Source: Cenarchaeum sp.
Lineage (GTDB): Archaea; Thermoproteota; Nitrososphaeria; Nitrososphaerales; Nitrosopumilaceae
Direction: 5' to 3'
DNA length: 64,000 bases
Assembly (NCBI GenBank): GCA_963692915.1
Contig: OY843584.1
Location: 544,001 to 608,000, forward strand
In this document: positions 39,063 to 49,079 of the stretch, piece after piece
Numbering within the stretch: the first letter of the stretch is position 1
How the letters are laid out: each line of letters begins with the position of its first letter
Program-made: the position numbers and the translations under genes
The notes under the pieces: generated by a model
Database searches by the model: none
What the model was told of the DNA's origin: nothing
What the model saw: the letters and a program-made list of their open reading frames with translations, nothing else

Positions 39063-39173
39063 TGTTCCGCCACATTTATCAGGTCGTATAAATATCCATC
39101 TGTGTACCCCAAGACGAGGCCTCGCCAGGATCTGACGCATGACTCCCACAGCTACATCAGTCTCGTGGCCTTC

Positions 39174-39340
39174 CACGTCAAGACACACGTCAAGACACAC
39201 GTCAAGACACACGTCAAGACACACGTCAAGACACACGTCAAGACACACGTCAAGACACACGTCAAGACACACGTCAAGACACACGTCAAGACACACGTCA
39301 AGACACACGTCAAGACACACGTCAAGACACACGTCAAGAC
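39174..39340. repeat. Exact 12-bp tandem repeat, about 14 copies
   Basis: Unit CACGTCAAGACA. Confidence 0.97.
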
Positions 39341-39822
39341 GGTTGACATGCCTCTAGTCCGGGCCGTGCGTCTGCCCTTGATCTGATCGCCGGTCTTACG
39401 CGTCATGGCCTGTCTCGCAGCACCTATTCGGTCGCGCTGTCGATGGGTTCGATGACGACGTGTTCGCGAAAATCGAGATGGCAGTGCTACCCTTCGGGAT
39501 CTAATCATGGAACGCGTCAGCTCTGCATTTATGCCATCGTCGCGTTAATCCCACAGGGACACCAGTGTTTCCCCATCGCGCACTATCTCTTGCCACTGTA
39601 CGATGTTGGCATCCCTTCCCCTACCGTGTGGCACAGTTCAGTGGGGCATGCGTGCAACGTGTGCAGAGCTCCGCAGCTGACCTGGGAGCGCGCCTCGCGC
39701 CAAAAAGCCATCTGCGACACGTACATCTCTCTGGCTATTGGCATCGCGGTTCCGGGAGAGCGCACATGGTGTGGCTGTTCAAGCTACAAACACTAAAATG
39801 GCATTCTATGTTTTTTGCACAT

Positions 39823-40764
39823 TTATCTACGTTGAATTAACTCCATCACTGCAGCCATGTCTAATCGTCGCTCTGGCGACATGTGTTTTACTGCATGATC
39901 TGGAACTATGTTTTTAAAAGCAGTGATATCCAATCGCAAATTGTTATACGCGTCTTTGAGTTCTGGTAAAAATCTGACGGGGTACAATGTTGTTTTTAAA
40001 TGATCTACACTTTGTTCTTGAGATATTTTATAGGTCATACCTCCCTTATCATTATGATCGTTAATCCATGATCGTATGCGATCAACAATCCTACTCCCAC
40101 GCGTTGGTGTTTTTTTATCTTTTCCTGAATACTGTTGTAAATTTAAAAGCATATACAAGTATGCAAAATCGCTGATTACAAAAACATCCAAAGTGTTATT
40201 TTTATCTAATCTAGAAGTACGAGCGAGCGTTTTCCATACTCCGTGCAATATGAATCCACGTTGTGCATTATCTGAGTTTTCGATTGCTTTTTGGAGTGTA
40301 TCGCGTGTTATAGGAATCATATCAAACAATGATGGATGTCGGTGTACCAACCGCTCAGCTAAAGAAAATTGTGTGTTTTGTCGAAATATCATCTCTGTCA
40401 CCTGTTTGGTCGAGTGTGTTGGAACAACCGTGAGTTTTGTTTCCATTTCTAACAGTTCCACATTTCCAAGAGACGGTACAACGTCCATTGGTGGACCATT
40501 CACACTTTTTTTAAATATTTTTGGGGCTTTTTCTCTATTCCAAGTTATGTCAGATAATTCATCGTGATTGATCTGGAGCATTTCGCTAAACTTAATTGTT
40601 GTTAGGTCGAGTTGTGCATTGGCGATTCTCAAATAATTTAGTGGTATATCGTTGTCTTCCATGTATATGGAAGCAGATATGGGTAAAAACGTGGGAAATA
40701 TATTTTTAGTTACTAGGGATTTTTTTAGATTTGTTTTATGTATGCCATATAGTGTGTTAGTTAT
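39823..40764 (-). CDS. HindVP-like type II restriction endonuclease; apparent ATA start
   Basis: LYGI..TN, ETKLTVVP, VWKT, LDVFVISDFAY; downstream of a C5 MTase. Confidence 0.75.
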   Translation of the reverse strand: MTNTLYGIHKTNLKKSLVTKNIFPTFLPISASIYMEDNDIPLNYLRIANAQLDLTTIKFSEMLQINHDELSDITWNREKAPKIFKKSVNGPPMDVVPSLGNVELLEMETKLTVVPTHSTKQVTEMIFRQNTQFSLAERLVHRHPSLFDMIPITRDTLQKAIENSDNAQRGFILHGVWKTLARTSRLDKNNTLDVFVISDFAYLYMLLNLQQYSGKDKKTPTRGSRIVDRIRSWINDHNDKGGMTYKISQEQSVDHLKTTLYPVRFLPELKDAYNNLRLDITAFKNIVPDHAVKHMSPERRLDMAAVMELIQRR

Positions 40765-41684
40765 AGCTTGTCAACCTCTAAAATCGCGTTAGCGATGGCG
40801 CGAGCTAAGAGCGGTGGAACAGAATTCCCAATTTGTTGTTCTTGTTCAGTCTTTGTTCCAGTTATGATATAACGTTGTGGAAATGTCTGTATTATCGCAC
40901 GCTCTTTTGTTGTTAATGGCCTCACGTCGTTAAGATCATTTGTTGCGTCGTTTGTGTGTGGTCTATAAGATGGGGGTATGGGTCGGTTAACTCCTCTAAT
41001 TGTGGGACTTGGCTCATCAACACTAAAAATTGCCCTTCTAGCAAATGTCCATGGATGTCGATAGTAGTATCTCGTTTTATTTTTTCCCTTTGCAATTTGT
41101 GGGTAATACTGTTTAACTGTTTTTCGGTGACGTTTTTTGTACGTGTTTATTATGGGCAACATCTCACCATCAGATCTTCCCAAATGTCCAATGAGCACAA
41201 ATCGTTTGCGTAGTTGAGGAGCACCAAAATCTGCTGAATTTAATATTAGAGGCGTTAAACCATATCCGGCATGTTTTAATGTTTTCATACTGCGCTCAAT
41301 CACAGCTTGGCCGATAGATAGTATAGTATTCACATTTTCCATTACGACCCATGTGGGTTTCACTTTTGATGCGATTTGTGAGAATATCAATGTAAGATCT
41401 GCCCGATCACCGTGACCGGTTCTCCACCCGGCCGAACTAAAATCTTGACATGGTGGTCCCCCGAATAGGATGTCGGGCTTCTCATTTTTACCAAATTCTA
41501 TGACGGTATTTTTTTTATTCATTATGTCCCCCCTGATTATTTGGGTTTGGTGATCATTGCGATTTGCTTCATACGTGTCAACAGCACAATTCCAATGATC
41601 GCCGGCCATAATTATATCTACTCCTGCATTCTCAAATCCCAGATCAAGTCCCCCGGCACCGGAAAAAAGGCTGATCGCCCTCAT
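40761..41684 (-). CDS. DNA (cytosine-5) methyltransferase, GRCGYC-group-like
   Basis: LFSGAGG, GGPPCQDFS, ENV, Q.RKR, YYRHP...SVDEPSPTIRGVNRP, IGNSVPP. Confidence 0.95.
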   Translation of the reverse strand: MRAISLFSGAGGLDLGFENAGVDIIMAGDHWNCAVDTYEANRNDHQTQIIRGDIMNKKNTVIEFGKNEKPDILFGGPPCQDFSSAGWRTGHGDRADLTLIFSQIASKVKPTWVVMENVNTILSIGQAVIERSMKTLKHAGYGLTPLILNSADFGAPQLRKRFVLIGHLGRSDGEMLPIINTYKKRHRKTVKQYYPQIAKGKNKTRYYYRHPWTFARRAIFSVDEPSPTIRGVNRPIPPSYRPHTNDATNDLNDVRPLTTKERAIIQTFPQRYIITGTKTEQEQQIGNSVPPLLARAIANAILEVDKL

Positions 41685-42181
41685 TTTTTACCCCCATCAC
41701 ATAAAACAGCCATGCTGTGTTTTGAGTTACAGCGTTTGGGATACTGAGCGGCATTTTGGAATTGTGGGGTGCCATACCGCTGTACGCGACAAATTGACCG
41801 AACGGCGCTCCCGGGATCTCGATGACGCGGGGGAGCGGTGTGCTCAAACATCACCGGCATTCCGAATTGATTAAATTTAAGTCCATCGCCGAGATCGGCC
41901 GTTATTCACGTGCTTGGCCGAACAAGTTAAAGGGCAGTATAGAGAAGTGTGTATTCTCGTTATTCAGCGTGAGCCTGCTCATAAACCTCACCAGAGTCAA
42001 TCTGTCCAGTGTTCTTAAGTGTCGAGCTCTTCCTTGTCTCATGGTATTTTGGCTCATGACGGGCATGCTGCCTATGCCCACGTACGTGCGCCTACCACAG
42101 GCATGTGAATTTTCGGTGCACATTTGGTCAGCACTGCGCGCATTGCTACCTCTATATGGCGAGCGCTCCTGCGCTTAGGGC

Positions 42182-42751
42182 ATGCCGGCCAAGACAGTCG
42201 ATGGCGCCGTGCGCCTGAGGCGCGCATCCCCTGGGCAGGTTCACGCGGCATCAAGGGCGCGCCGGCAGCGCGGCTATAGCTGGGAGGGCACGATATCGCG
42301 CCGCTTTAATGCGCTAGAGGACTGGAGCGCATACCGCCTCGGCTCGCCTAGCACGTCGCTGCCTGACGTTCTGGCTCTAAACCCATCCAAGAGCTCGGCG
42401 TATATCATGGAGGCAAAGTCCGGCACGACCAACCGCCTGGTCGTGCCTGTCGACCAGGTCGAGCGCTGCGTCGATTGGGCACACGTTCTTGGACCATACC
42501 AGAAGCGGAGGGTGGTCCTGGCATTCAAGTTTCTCTCCAAAAAGCGCATTGCGCGAGGCGAGTACGGGGAGAGGGAGCTGCGCGAGTACTATAAGGAGTG
42601 GGATTCTGCTGCCAGGCCAGTAGAGTGCGTGTGCCATTATGACGGCTCGACGTACGGCCGTGACGGCGGCGTGCGCGTGGATCTCGACCTGCCGGACTGT
42701 GCAGTGCCCATAGCGCGCAGGCCTCGCAGGCGCGCCTCACAAGGTATTTAG
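42182..42751 (+). CDS. Hjc-like PD-(D/E)xK resolvase/nuclease
   Basis: RGYSWE, PDVLA, MEAKS. Confidence 0.75.
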   Translation: MPAKTVDGAVRLRRASPGQVHAASRARRQRGYSWEGTISRRFNALEDWSAYRLGSPSTSLPDVLALNPSKSSAYIMEAKSGTTNRLVVPVDQVERCVDWAHVLGPYQKRRVVLAFKFLSKKRIARGEYGERELREYYKEWDSAARPVECVCHYDGSTYGRDGGVRVDLDLPDCAVPIARRPRRRASQGI

Positions 42752-42775
42752 CAAACGCGCATTGGCGTGCGTGCC

Positions 42776-43336
42776 ATGGGAGATGGAGGCAGCACGGGGA
42801 GCCTGGGTCGTCTACGCTCAATTTTGGGGCGCAGCGGCGATGGTGGCGCAAAGTCACCACCCACTGAGGTTCCCCCACAGGTCAGCGAGCCTGCGAGCCC
42901 GCACGATGACGACAATGCCGCTGACAGTGCTGTTCGGTCCATACTTGATGACGGTGCGTCGCACAGGGAGCGCAATGCCGAGTTTGAGGAGTTTCTTGAC
43001 GAGCGCGTCCTCGTCAGCCGTGATGCGCTAGGGAAAAAGGAGATGAAGGTAAAGGTCATCGAGGTGACTGATGAGCACCCGCCCTCAAAGTGGAAGCTCG
43101 GCGATCGCGTAAAGGCTCGCCGCATACTGGTCACAATAAAGCACCTCGAGTCCATGAAGGTCGAGGAGGCAGAGTTTGACATCGAGGCCATCGAGGCCGA
43201 GCTTGCCGAAAAGCGCCACTATACGTCATCGAACCGGTGGATACCGACGTCTGACATCAAGAACGGCTATGTCCTAAAGACAAGGCACATGGCCCTGATC
43301 AGCGACGCAGTGGCCCTGGACTATATCGCCTTCTAG
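42776..43336 (+). CDS. Hypothetical protein
   Basis: Long ORF with genome-typical codon use. Confidence 0.7.
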   Translation: MGDGGSTGSLGRLRSILGRSGDGGAKSPPTEVPPQVSEPASPHDDDNAADSAVRSILDDGASHRERNAEFEEFLDERVLVSRDALGKKEMKVKVIEVTDEHPPSKWKLGDRVKARRILVTIKHLESMKVEEAEFDIEAIEAELAEKRHYTSSNRWIPTSDIKNGYVLKTRHMALISDAVALDYIAF

Positions 43337-43440
43337 GGGAGACGCCGATCCTGCGATCACCGGTGCAATGCGCCACGTCAGGCACATGTCGGGCCACGCA
43401 TGAAAAGGGTTTTAAGGCAAGATTTTTGCGCGTTGTGCCG

Positions 43441-43740
43441 TTGATCACAAAGCAGATCATAGTCAATGGCAACACCTACGAGGTCATCCTGACAGACCAG
43501 GTCATAAGCTATGTCAACTCGCTCAAAAAGCTCTACGAGAACACCGTGTGCGAGGATCCCGAAACGTTTGAGCAGATGAGCTCCGAGATCTCGGCGACGG
43601 TGGGAGAGATAGCCACGGCGATCGACCCGCCAGCCGAGGAGGGCGACCTAGACGGGATAATCCAGGAGATTATCAGGTCAGTCGACAGCAGGGCCGCCGA
43701 GATGGAGCAGCAGCTATCAAAGAGCAAGTCCTCGCGCTAG
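43441..43740 (+). CDS. Acidic hypothetical protein
   Basis: TTG start about 30 bp after TTTTAA. Confidence 0.7.
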   Translation: MITKQIIVNGNTYEVILTDQVISYVNSLKKLYENTVCEDPETFEQMSSEISATVGEIATAIDPPAEEGDLDGIIQEIIRSVDSRAAEMEQQLSKSKSSR

Positions 43741-43786
43741 GACGCGCGTGTGGCGCAGCAACAAGTTATAACCCTCTGTCACTTCC

Positions 43787-43924
43787 ATGCGTACGATGAG
43801 CAGGGGATGCGAGTGTGGGATATGCGGGCACTTTTCAGAGGACGAGTGCCTCGAGAAGGAGTGCAAGTGCTGCTCCAACTTTCACGTAAGGTCAGGATCG
43901 CGCCAGGTTGCGCCGCCGGCCTAG
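43787..43924 (+). CDS. Small Cys-rich metal-binding protein (45 aa)
   Basis: MRTMSRGCECGICGHFSEDECLEKECKCCSNFHV...; TTATAA upstream. Confidence 0.6.
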   Translation: MRTMSRGCECGICGHFSEDECLEKECKCCSNFHVRSGSRQVAPPA

Positions 43925-44017
43925 CCTTTAGTGGCGCAGCCGCACCGCCTTGCCGCATGGCGGTGGCATCCAATGATCCAGTGATCGGCACATCCGCAAA
44001 GGATGCACTTTTTCTGC

Positions 44018-44389
44018 CTAGCCATCGGCAACATCCCGCAGTAACCCAATAAATCCCCTGTCCTCAAGTGACTCGACAATCTTTAGCGCAATGGCGCGCG
44101 TGCGTGCGGGATCGCCGGCATACGTCTCGGCGATGAGGTCCAGTTCGCGAGAGAACGAGTATCCCGAGGTGTACCTGCCCGCGTGCGCACGAAGCGAGGT
44201 CGTCGTGTCCCCTGCGCTCCTGTCTGCTGCAAGCGACTCGAGGAGTGCGGCCATTGCCGCACAGATGTGATCCCACTCTGCAGCTACGCCATGCACGCCT
44301 GCCTTTGCATAGTTCATGCCAAGGAGCGCATCGTGCGCCCGCACGGCGTCGGCTGCTGCGGCAACTGTGCCCTCGCTAATGACAGACAT
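44018..44389 (-). CDS. Hypothetical protein
   Basis: ATG 44389 with TTTAAA upstream; divergent from thrC. Confidence 0.6.
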   Translation of the reverse strand: MSVISEGTVAAAADAVRAHDALLGMNYAKAGVHGVAAEWDHICAAMAALLESLAADRSAGDTTTSLRAHAGRYTSGYSFSRELDLIAETYAGDPARTRAIALKIVESLEDRGFIGLLRDVADG

Positions 44390-44471
44390 CGCCGCAACGT
44401 CATTCTGATGCCCTAAAAAGTCTGGTGCCCACGAACTCTTTAAATTGTCGTTCTTGCCCGCGTGCGCCCAG

Positions 44472-45809
44472 ATGTCGCAAGGCGCACGATTAAGGTGCAT
44501 TGACGGCGCATGTGCGCTAGAGTATCCGATCAACACAGTGGGCGTGAGCTGCGAGAACGGTCACCTCCTTGATGTCGTGTATGACAGCACGCCCCCAAAG
44601 TCCCTAAAGGAGTCGTTTCTGCACCGGCGCGATCATGGGGGGAGCATATTCAACGAGAGCGGCGTGTGGAGGTTTCGCGAGCTGATCAACTTTTGCCAGA
44701 TAGACACCGAGGACGATGCGGCGTGCGCGCATGCGCTAGTCTCCCTTGACGGGGCCGAGGGCAGGCAGTCGCGCCCGTACCGCATGTCCAGGGTCGCCGA
44801 GTTTGCGCGCATGGATTCTGAACGCCTGCTCCTGCAGCCAGAGGGGTACAACCCGAGCGGCTCATTCAAGGACAACGGCATGGCCACAGCCGTCACGCAC
44901 GCAAGGATGGTCGGCGCATCAAAGATTGTCTGCGCGTCGACTGGAAACACGTCTGCATCGGCAGGCATGTTTGCGGCCAATGAGGGGATGGAGTGTGACG
45001 TGTACATACCCCGCGGCAAGATTGCGCCAGGCAAGCTGGGGCAGGCATACCAGTTTGGTGCGCAGATTGTGGAGGTGGACGGCAACTTTGATGATGCGTT
45101 GCGCGGCTCACTTGAGGCCGTAAGCGACGGCAGTGGATACACCGTAAACTCGATCAACCCGTTTCGCATAGAGGGCCAAAAGACAATACCGTACAGGATA
45201 CTTGAGCATCTGGGGTGGGAGGCGCCTGACTGGATCGTCTATCCCGGAGGCGCGCTTGGCAACACGTCAAGCTGCGGCAAGGCGCTCCATGAGCTTCGCT
45301 CGTGGGGATGGATAAAAAAGATGCCGCGAATTGCCGTGATCAACGCAGAGGGCGCAAGCACGCTGTCTGACATGTATAACGGTGCAAACGGCGAGGAGGA
45401 GCTACGATGGAACTCTGGCAGGCCAAACATGGGAATCATAGAGCGGCACTATGCCGCACTTGATGCGTCAGGCAGCGTGCCAAAAACCCGCGCGACTGCA
45501 ATACAGATAGGGCGTCCGGCAAACCTGCTAAAGGCACTGAGGGCACTTGAGCTTAGCGACGGGCACGTCACCATGGTCAGCGACGCCGAGATGCTCGATG
45601 GCATGTCAGTAGTCGGCCTTAACGGGTTTGACTGTGAGATGGCATCTGGCGCGTCGATCGCCGGAATTCGCAAGCTTGTCGACGAGGGCATAATGCGCCG
45701 CGATGACACCGTCGTGGGAATACTCACCGGAAGGCAAAAGGATCCAACCATGCCAGTAGAGTACCACGCAGACCCCGCAAACCGGTTTGCGCGGCCACCG
45801 CGAGCATGA
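44472..45809 (+). CDS. thrC: Threonine synthase
   Basis: NPSGSFKDNG, CASTGNTSAS, NSINPFRIEGQKT. Confidence 0.93.
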   Translation: MSQGARLRCIDGACALEYPINTVGVSCENGHLLDVVYDSTPPKSLKESFLHRRDHGGSIFNESGVWRFRELINFCQIDTEDDAACAHALVSLDGAEGRQSRPYRMSRVAEFARMDSERLLLQPEGYNPSGSFKDNGMATAVTHARMVGASKIVCASTGNTSASAGMFAANEGMECDVYIPRGKIAPGKLGQAYQFGAQIVEVDGNFDDALRGSLEAVSDGSGYTVNSINPFRIEGQKTIPYRILEHLGWEAPDWIVYPGGALGNTSSCGKALHELRSWGWIKKMPRIAVINAEGASTLSDMYNGANGEEELRWNSGRPNMGIIERHYAALDASGSVPKTRATAIQIGRPANLLKALRALELSDGHVTMVSDAEMLDGMSVVGLNGFDCEMASGASIAGIRKLVDEGIMRRDDTVVGILTGRQKDPTMPVEYHADPANRFARPPRA

Positions 45810-45865
45810 TGTCGCAGACGGGCCGCTCACCACGGCTAAATAGTGGCAATGTGCGCAAATCACGC

Positions 45866-46834
45866 ATGGCCAAGCCCACCGTAGTCGAGCTTTTTGCCGG
45901 CGCCGGCGGCATGGCCCTGGGCCTCCACAGAGCCGGCTTTGAGGTCGTATCCCTAGTCGAGAACGACAAGGACTGTATAGCAACGCTGAGGAAAAACCGC
46001 CCACGCTGGAACGTCATCGGAGACGACATTGCAAATGTGAAGTTTAGGGGAGTGCGCGCCGACATCGTGACCGGCGGGTTCCCGTGCCAGTCGTTCAGCC
46101 ATGCAGGAAACAAGCTCGGATTTGCAGATATGCGTGGGACGCTATTCTACGAGTTCGCCAGGGCAGTAAAGCAGATCAGACCGCGCGCATTTCTGGCCGA
46201 GAACGTCGAGGCGATCATACGTAATGATGGTGGCAAGACGCTTGAGACCATACTGCGCATCCTGGAATCCCTCGGGTATGACGTCAAATACCAGACGCTT
46301 AACGCGCTGAATTACCGCGTGCCACAAAAGCGCAAGAGGGTCATATTTGTCGGCGTGCGACGCGGGATGACCTTTGAGTTTCCGCGCTCACGTGGTGGGG
46401 TGGTCACGCTTCGCGAGGCGCTTCGCAAAACCCCGCGATCGGCGGGAACGACCTACTCGGTGAGGCGCAGGAAGATACTCGACAGGGTTCCGCCAGGCGG
46501 CTCATGGGTGAATCTGCCCGTCAGGTTTCAAAAGGCATACCTTGGCAAAAGCATAAACTCCGAGGGCGGAAAGCGCGGAATGGCTAGGCGTCTGTCCTGG
46601 GACGAGCCATGCCTGACGCTCACATGCTCGCCTTGTCAAAAGATGACTGACAGGATTCACCCTGACGAAACGCGCCCGTTCACCATCAGGGAGTATGCAC
46701 GCATCCAGACGTTTCGAGACACCTGGAAGTTTGAGGGCAGCGTGTCATCACAGTACCGGCAGATAGGCAACGCGGTTCCAGTAAAGCTCGCCTTTGCGCT
46801 TGGCAGATCCCTGCGCAAGGCGCTCGAGTTGTAG
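45866..46834 (+). CDS. DNA (cytosine-5) methyltransferase, Eco47II/Sau96I-like
   Basis: ELFAGAGG, GGFPCQSFS, ENV, GMARRLSWDEP.LTLTCSP, IGNAVP. Confidence 0.95.
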   Translation: MAKPTVVELFAGAGGMALGLHRAGFEVVSLVENDKDCIATLRKNRPRWNVIGDDIANVKFRGVRADIVTGGFPCQSFSHAGNKLGFADMRGTLFYEFARAVKQIRPRAFLAENVEAIIRNDGGKTLETILRILESLGYDVKYQTLNALNYRVPQKRKRVIFVGVRRGMTFEFPRSRGGVVTLREALRKTPRSAGTTYSVRRRKILDRVPPGGSWVNLPVRFQKAYLGKSINSEGGKRGMARRLSWDEPCLTLTCSPCQKMTDRIHPDETRPFTIREYARIQTFRDTWKFEGSVSSQYRQIGNAVPVKLAFALGRSLRKALEL

Positions 46835-46850
46835 TACGGGGCACACAACA

Positions 46851-47546
46851 CTAGGGCTCAAATGCCCTCTTGAACCATTCATAAACTCTTACATTTTCCA
46901 TTTCGTCAAACGCCCTGGACTTTTCGACAACATCTGCAATGGCTCTTGGGAGCGCTCTCCATGTTTCTTTGAGCGTCTCATCATCGCCGGTCACAAGACC
47001 ATAGACCTTTTTGCCCCACACTCGCTTTATGTACGGGTTGCTGCTATTGTTATACTTCCACATTTTAATCCCCGAGGTTCCATTTTTTGGAATTATGTAT
47101 GCTAAATAGCACGTGGCTGAATTAAATCTCTTTGATATGTCCAGTAGATTGGCATGTATCTGTTTTCTGCTGTTTGAATTGAGCGTATTGTGTTTGTTTT
47201 TTAGTTCAATAAATACACTATTGTCATTTTTGGCTAGATCGATCTTGACGTGTTGTTCCGATACGGCCTGGCGCCATCCGTCCACCCCTCCGAGCAGCTC
47301 TTGATGAAATAGTCCCACTGCACTGTTTACTGCCTTGTCATTTCTTCTCCTAATGTCGTTTCTTTCCCACATGTCTAGCGTCATGCCCGAGTTTACCGTG
47401 TCAAACACCAGCTTGAACGGGTCAACGACGTTTTCGCGCTGTTTGTCAACCCCGGGTTTTCCCAGGTTTTCGTATTTGTCACATAGCTTTTTGACGCACT
47501 CCCTGAAATGCCGATCACTGACAAAGCCCACATACTCGTTTTTCAA
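46851..47546 (-). CDS. Eco47II-family restriction endonuclease
   Basis: DPFKLVFD, G.FHQELLG, ELKNKHNT.NS; convergent with the MTase. Confidence 0.85.
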   Translation of the reverse strand: MKNEYVGFVSDRHFRECVKKLCDKYENLGKPGVDKQRENVVDPFKLVFDTVNSGMTLDMWERNDIRRRNDKAVNSAVGLFHQELLGGVDGWRQAVSEQHVKIDLAKNDNSVFIELKNKHNTLNSNSRKQIHANLLDISKRFNSATCYLAYIIPKNGTSGIKMWKYNNSSNPYIKRVWGKKVYGLVTGDDETLKETWRALPRAIADVVEKSRAFDEMENVRVYEWFKRAFEP

Positions 47547-47825
47547 TGCTAGAAATAGGGCGGGTCATGTATTAAAATCTTGTTTTGGCGCACAGCATTG
47601 ACGCAACGTGTGATCCTGAACCGGCAATGTCTGACCCTCCTGCAAAATGGCCGTCAAGTTGCGCGAGTCGATTCGGGGGTTTTTGGGCTGTCCCCGGATG
47701 CGCACGCGTGCGCTAACCTGAAGCCTTAAAGCCGGGACTGGCATTGCCTCTGCCATCAAGATATGCACGGTGACTTGTCACAGGCATGAGCACGGCATTG
47801 CGCCGAGAGGCAGCGTGAGGGACAC

Positions 47826-49079
47826 ATGGTAAACCTCTGGCTAGACATACCACTACTCGCCACGCTCATAGCCCTCTCGGGGTTCTTTAGCGGCCTCGAA
47901 GTCGCCCTTGTGGGCACGCGCCACTCAAGGACGCTCCAGTTTGTAAAGGAGGAACGCAAGGGCTCAGGCGCGCTCCACAAGCTAAAGTCAAACCCCGGCT
48001 GGATGATGGCTAGCGTAAATCTCGGCAACAACGTCGTCAATGTCGGCGCGTCGGCCCTGGCCACAAGCGTTGCGATAGAGATGTTTGGCGACAGCGGCCT
48101 CGGCATAGCCATTGGCATGATGACGTTTCTCATACTAGTGTTCGGCGAGATCACCCCAAAGACGTACTGTAACGCAAACGCCGACAAGATTGCGCTCCGC
48201 TTTGCGCCGATACTCCTTGCGTTCAGCTATGCGACATGGCCGATTGTCAAGATATTCGAGGTGATCACGCGCGGTGTGGTAAAGTTGACTGGAAGCAGCT
48301 ATCTCCCGCCACCGATCACAGAGAAGGAGATAGAGCATGTCATAGACCAGGGCATGGCAGAAAAGGCACTAGAGCGCGAAGAGCACGCACTGGTTCGCGG
48401 TGCGCTGAGCTTTGATGACATTGATGTCCACAGTGTCATGACGCCGCGCACGAAAATGTTTGCGCTACCAGGCCGCATGCTGCTCTTTGATGCGCTTCCG
48501 CAAATAAACGAGTCAGGCCACTCGCGCATCCCCACATACGGCAGGGACATTGATGACATTACGGGCTTTGTCCATGTAAAGGACATTTTGCGCGAGCTAG
48601 AGCATGACCGGCGCGAGAGCACCCTTGAGATGATCGCCAGAAAACCCGTCTTTGCATCACGTGAAAAGACCGTGAGGTCACTGCTTGATGAGATGAAGGG
48701 TCGCAAGGTCCATCTCTCGATGGTCATAGACGAGCATGGTGGCGTAGAGGGCCTTGTCACGTTTGAGGACCTCATAGAGGAGATAGTCGGCGAGGTCGAG
48801 GACGAGGGCGACAGGGGAGAACAGCCACAGTACACGTCCGTTGATCGCGACACGATAATTGTCAACGGTGACATCGAGATGGGCCGCGTCGGCAAGATAC
48901 TCAGGGTCAGCGTGGCCGATGTCGACACGCACTCTACGCTCAACGGCCTCCTCCACGAGCGCCTAAAGGACATACCGCGCGAGGGCGACAAGGTCGAGCT
49001 TGACGGCGTGCGCATTGTAGTCGAAAAGGTCACAAACAACCGCTCCGAGCGCGTCAGGATTGAGCGGCTTCGCGACTAA
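47826..49079 (+). CDS. CNNM/hemolysin-family CBS-CorC protein
   Basis: FFSGLEVAL, FGEITPK, VMTPR, DEHGG.EGLVTFED. Confidence 0.92.
   Translation: MVNLWLDIPLLATLIALSGFFSGLEVALVGTRHSRTLQFVKEERKGSGALHKLKSNPGWMMASVNLGNNVVNVGASALATSVAIEMFGDSGLGIAIGMMTFLILVFGEITPKTYCNANADKIALRFAPILLAFSYATWPIVKIFEVITRGVVKLTGSSYLPPPITEKEIEHVIDQGMAEKALEREEHALVRGALSFDDIDVHSVMTPRTKMFALPGRMLLFDALPQINESGHSRIPTYGRDIDDITGFVHVKDILRELEHDRRESTLEMIARKPVFASREKTVRSLLDEMKGRKVHLSMVIDEHGGVEGLVTFEDLIEEIVGEVEDEGDRGEQPQYTSVDRDTIIVNGDIEMGRVGKILRVSVADVDTHSTLNGLLHERLKDIPREGDKVELDGVRIVVEKVTNNRSERVRIERLRD

Noticed and set aside
39063-39332. (CLDV)n repeat as an N-terminal extension of the EVE protein
   Set aside because: The frame is open, but a TATA-like TTTATA lies about 25-30 bp above ATG 39062, favouring the short gene
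39380-39800. Possible gene remnant between the array and the endonuclease
   Set aside because: No recognisable motif in the frames examined
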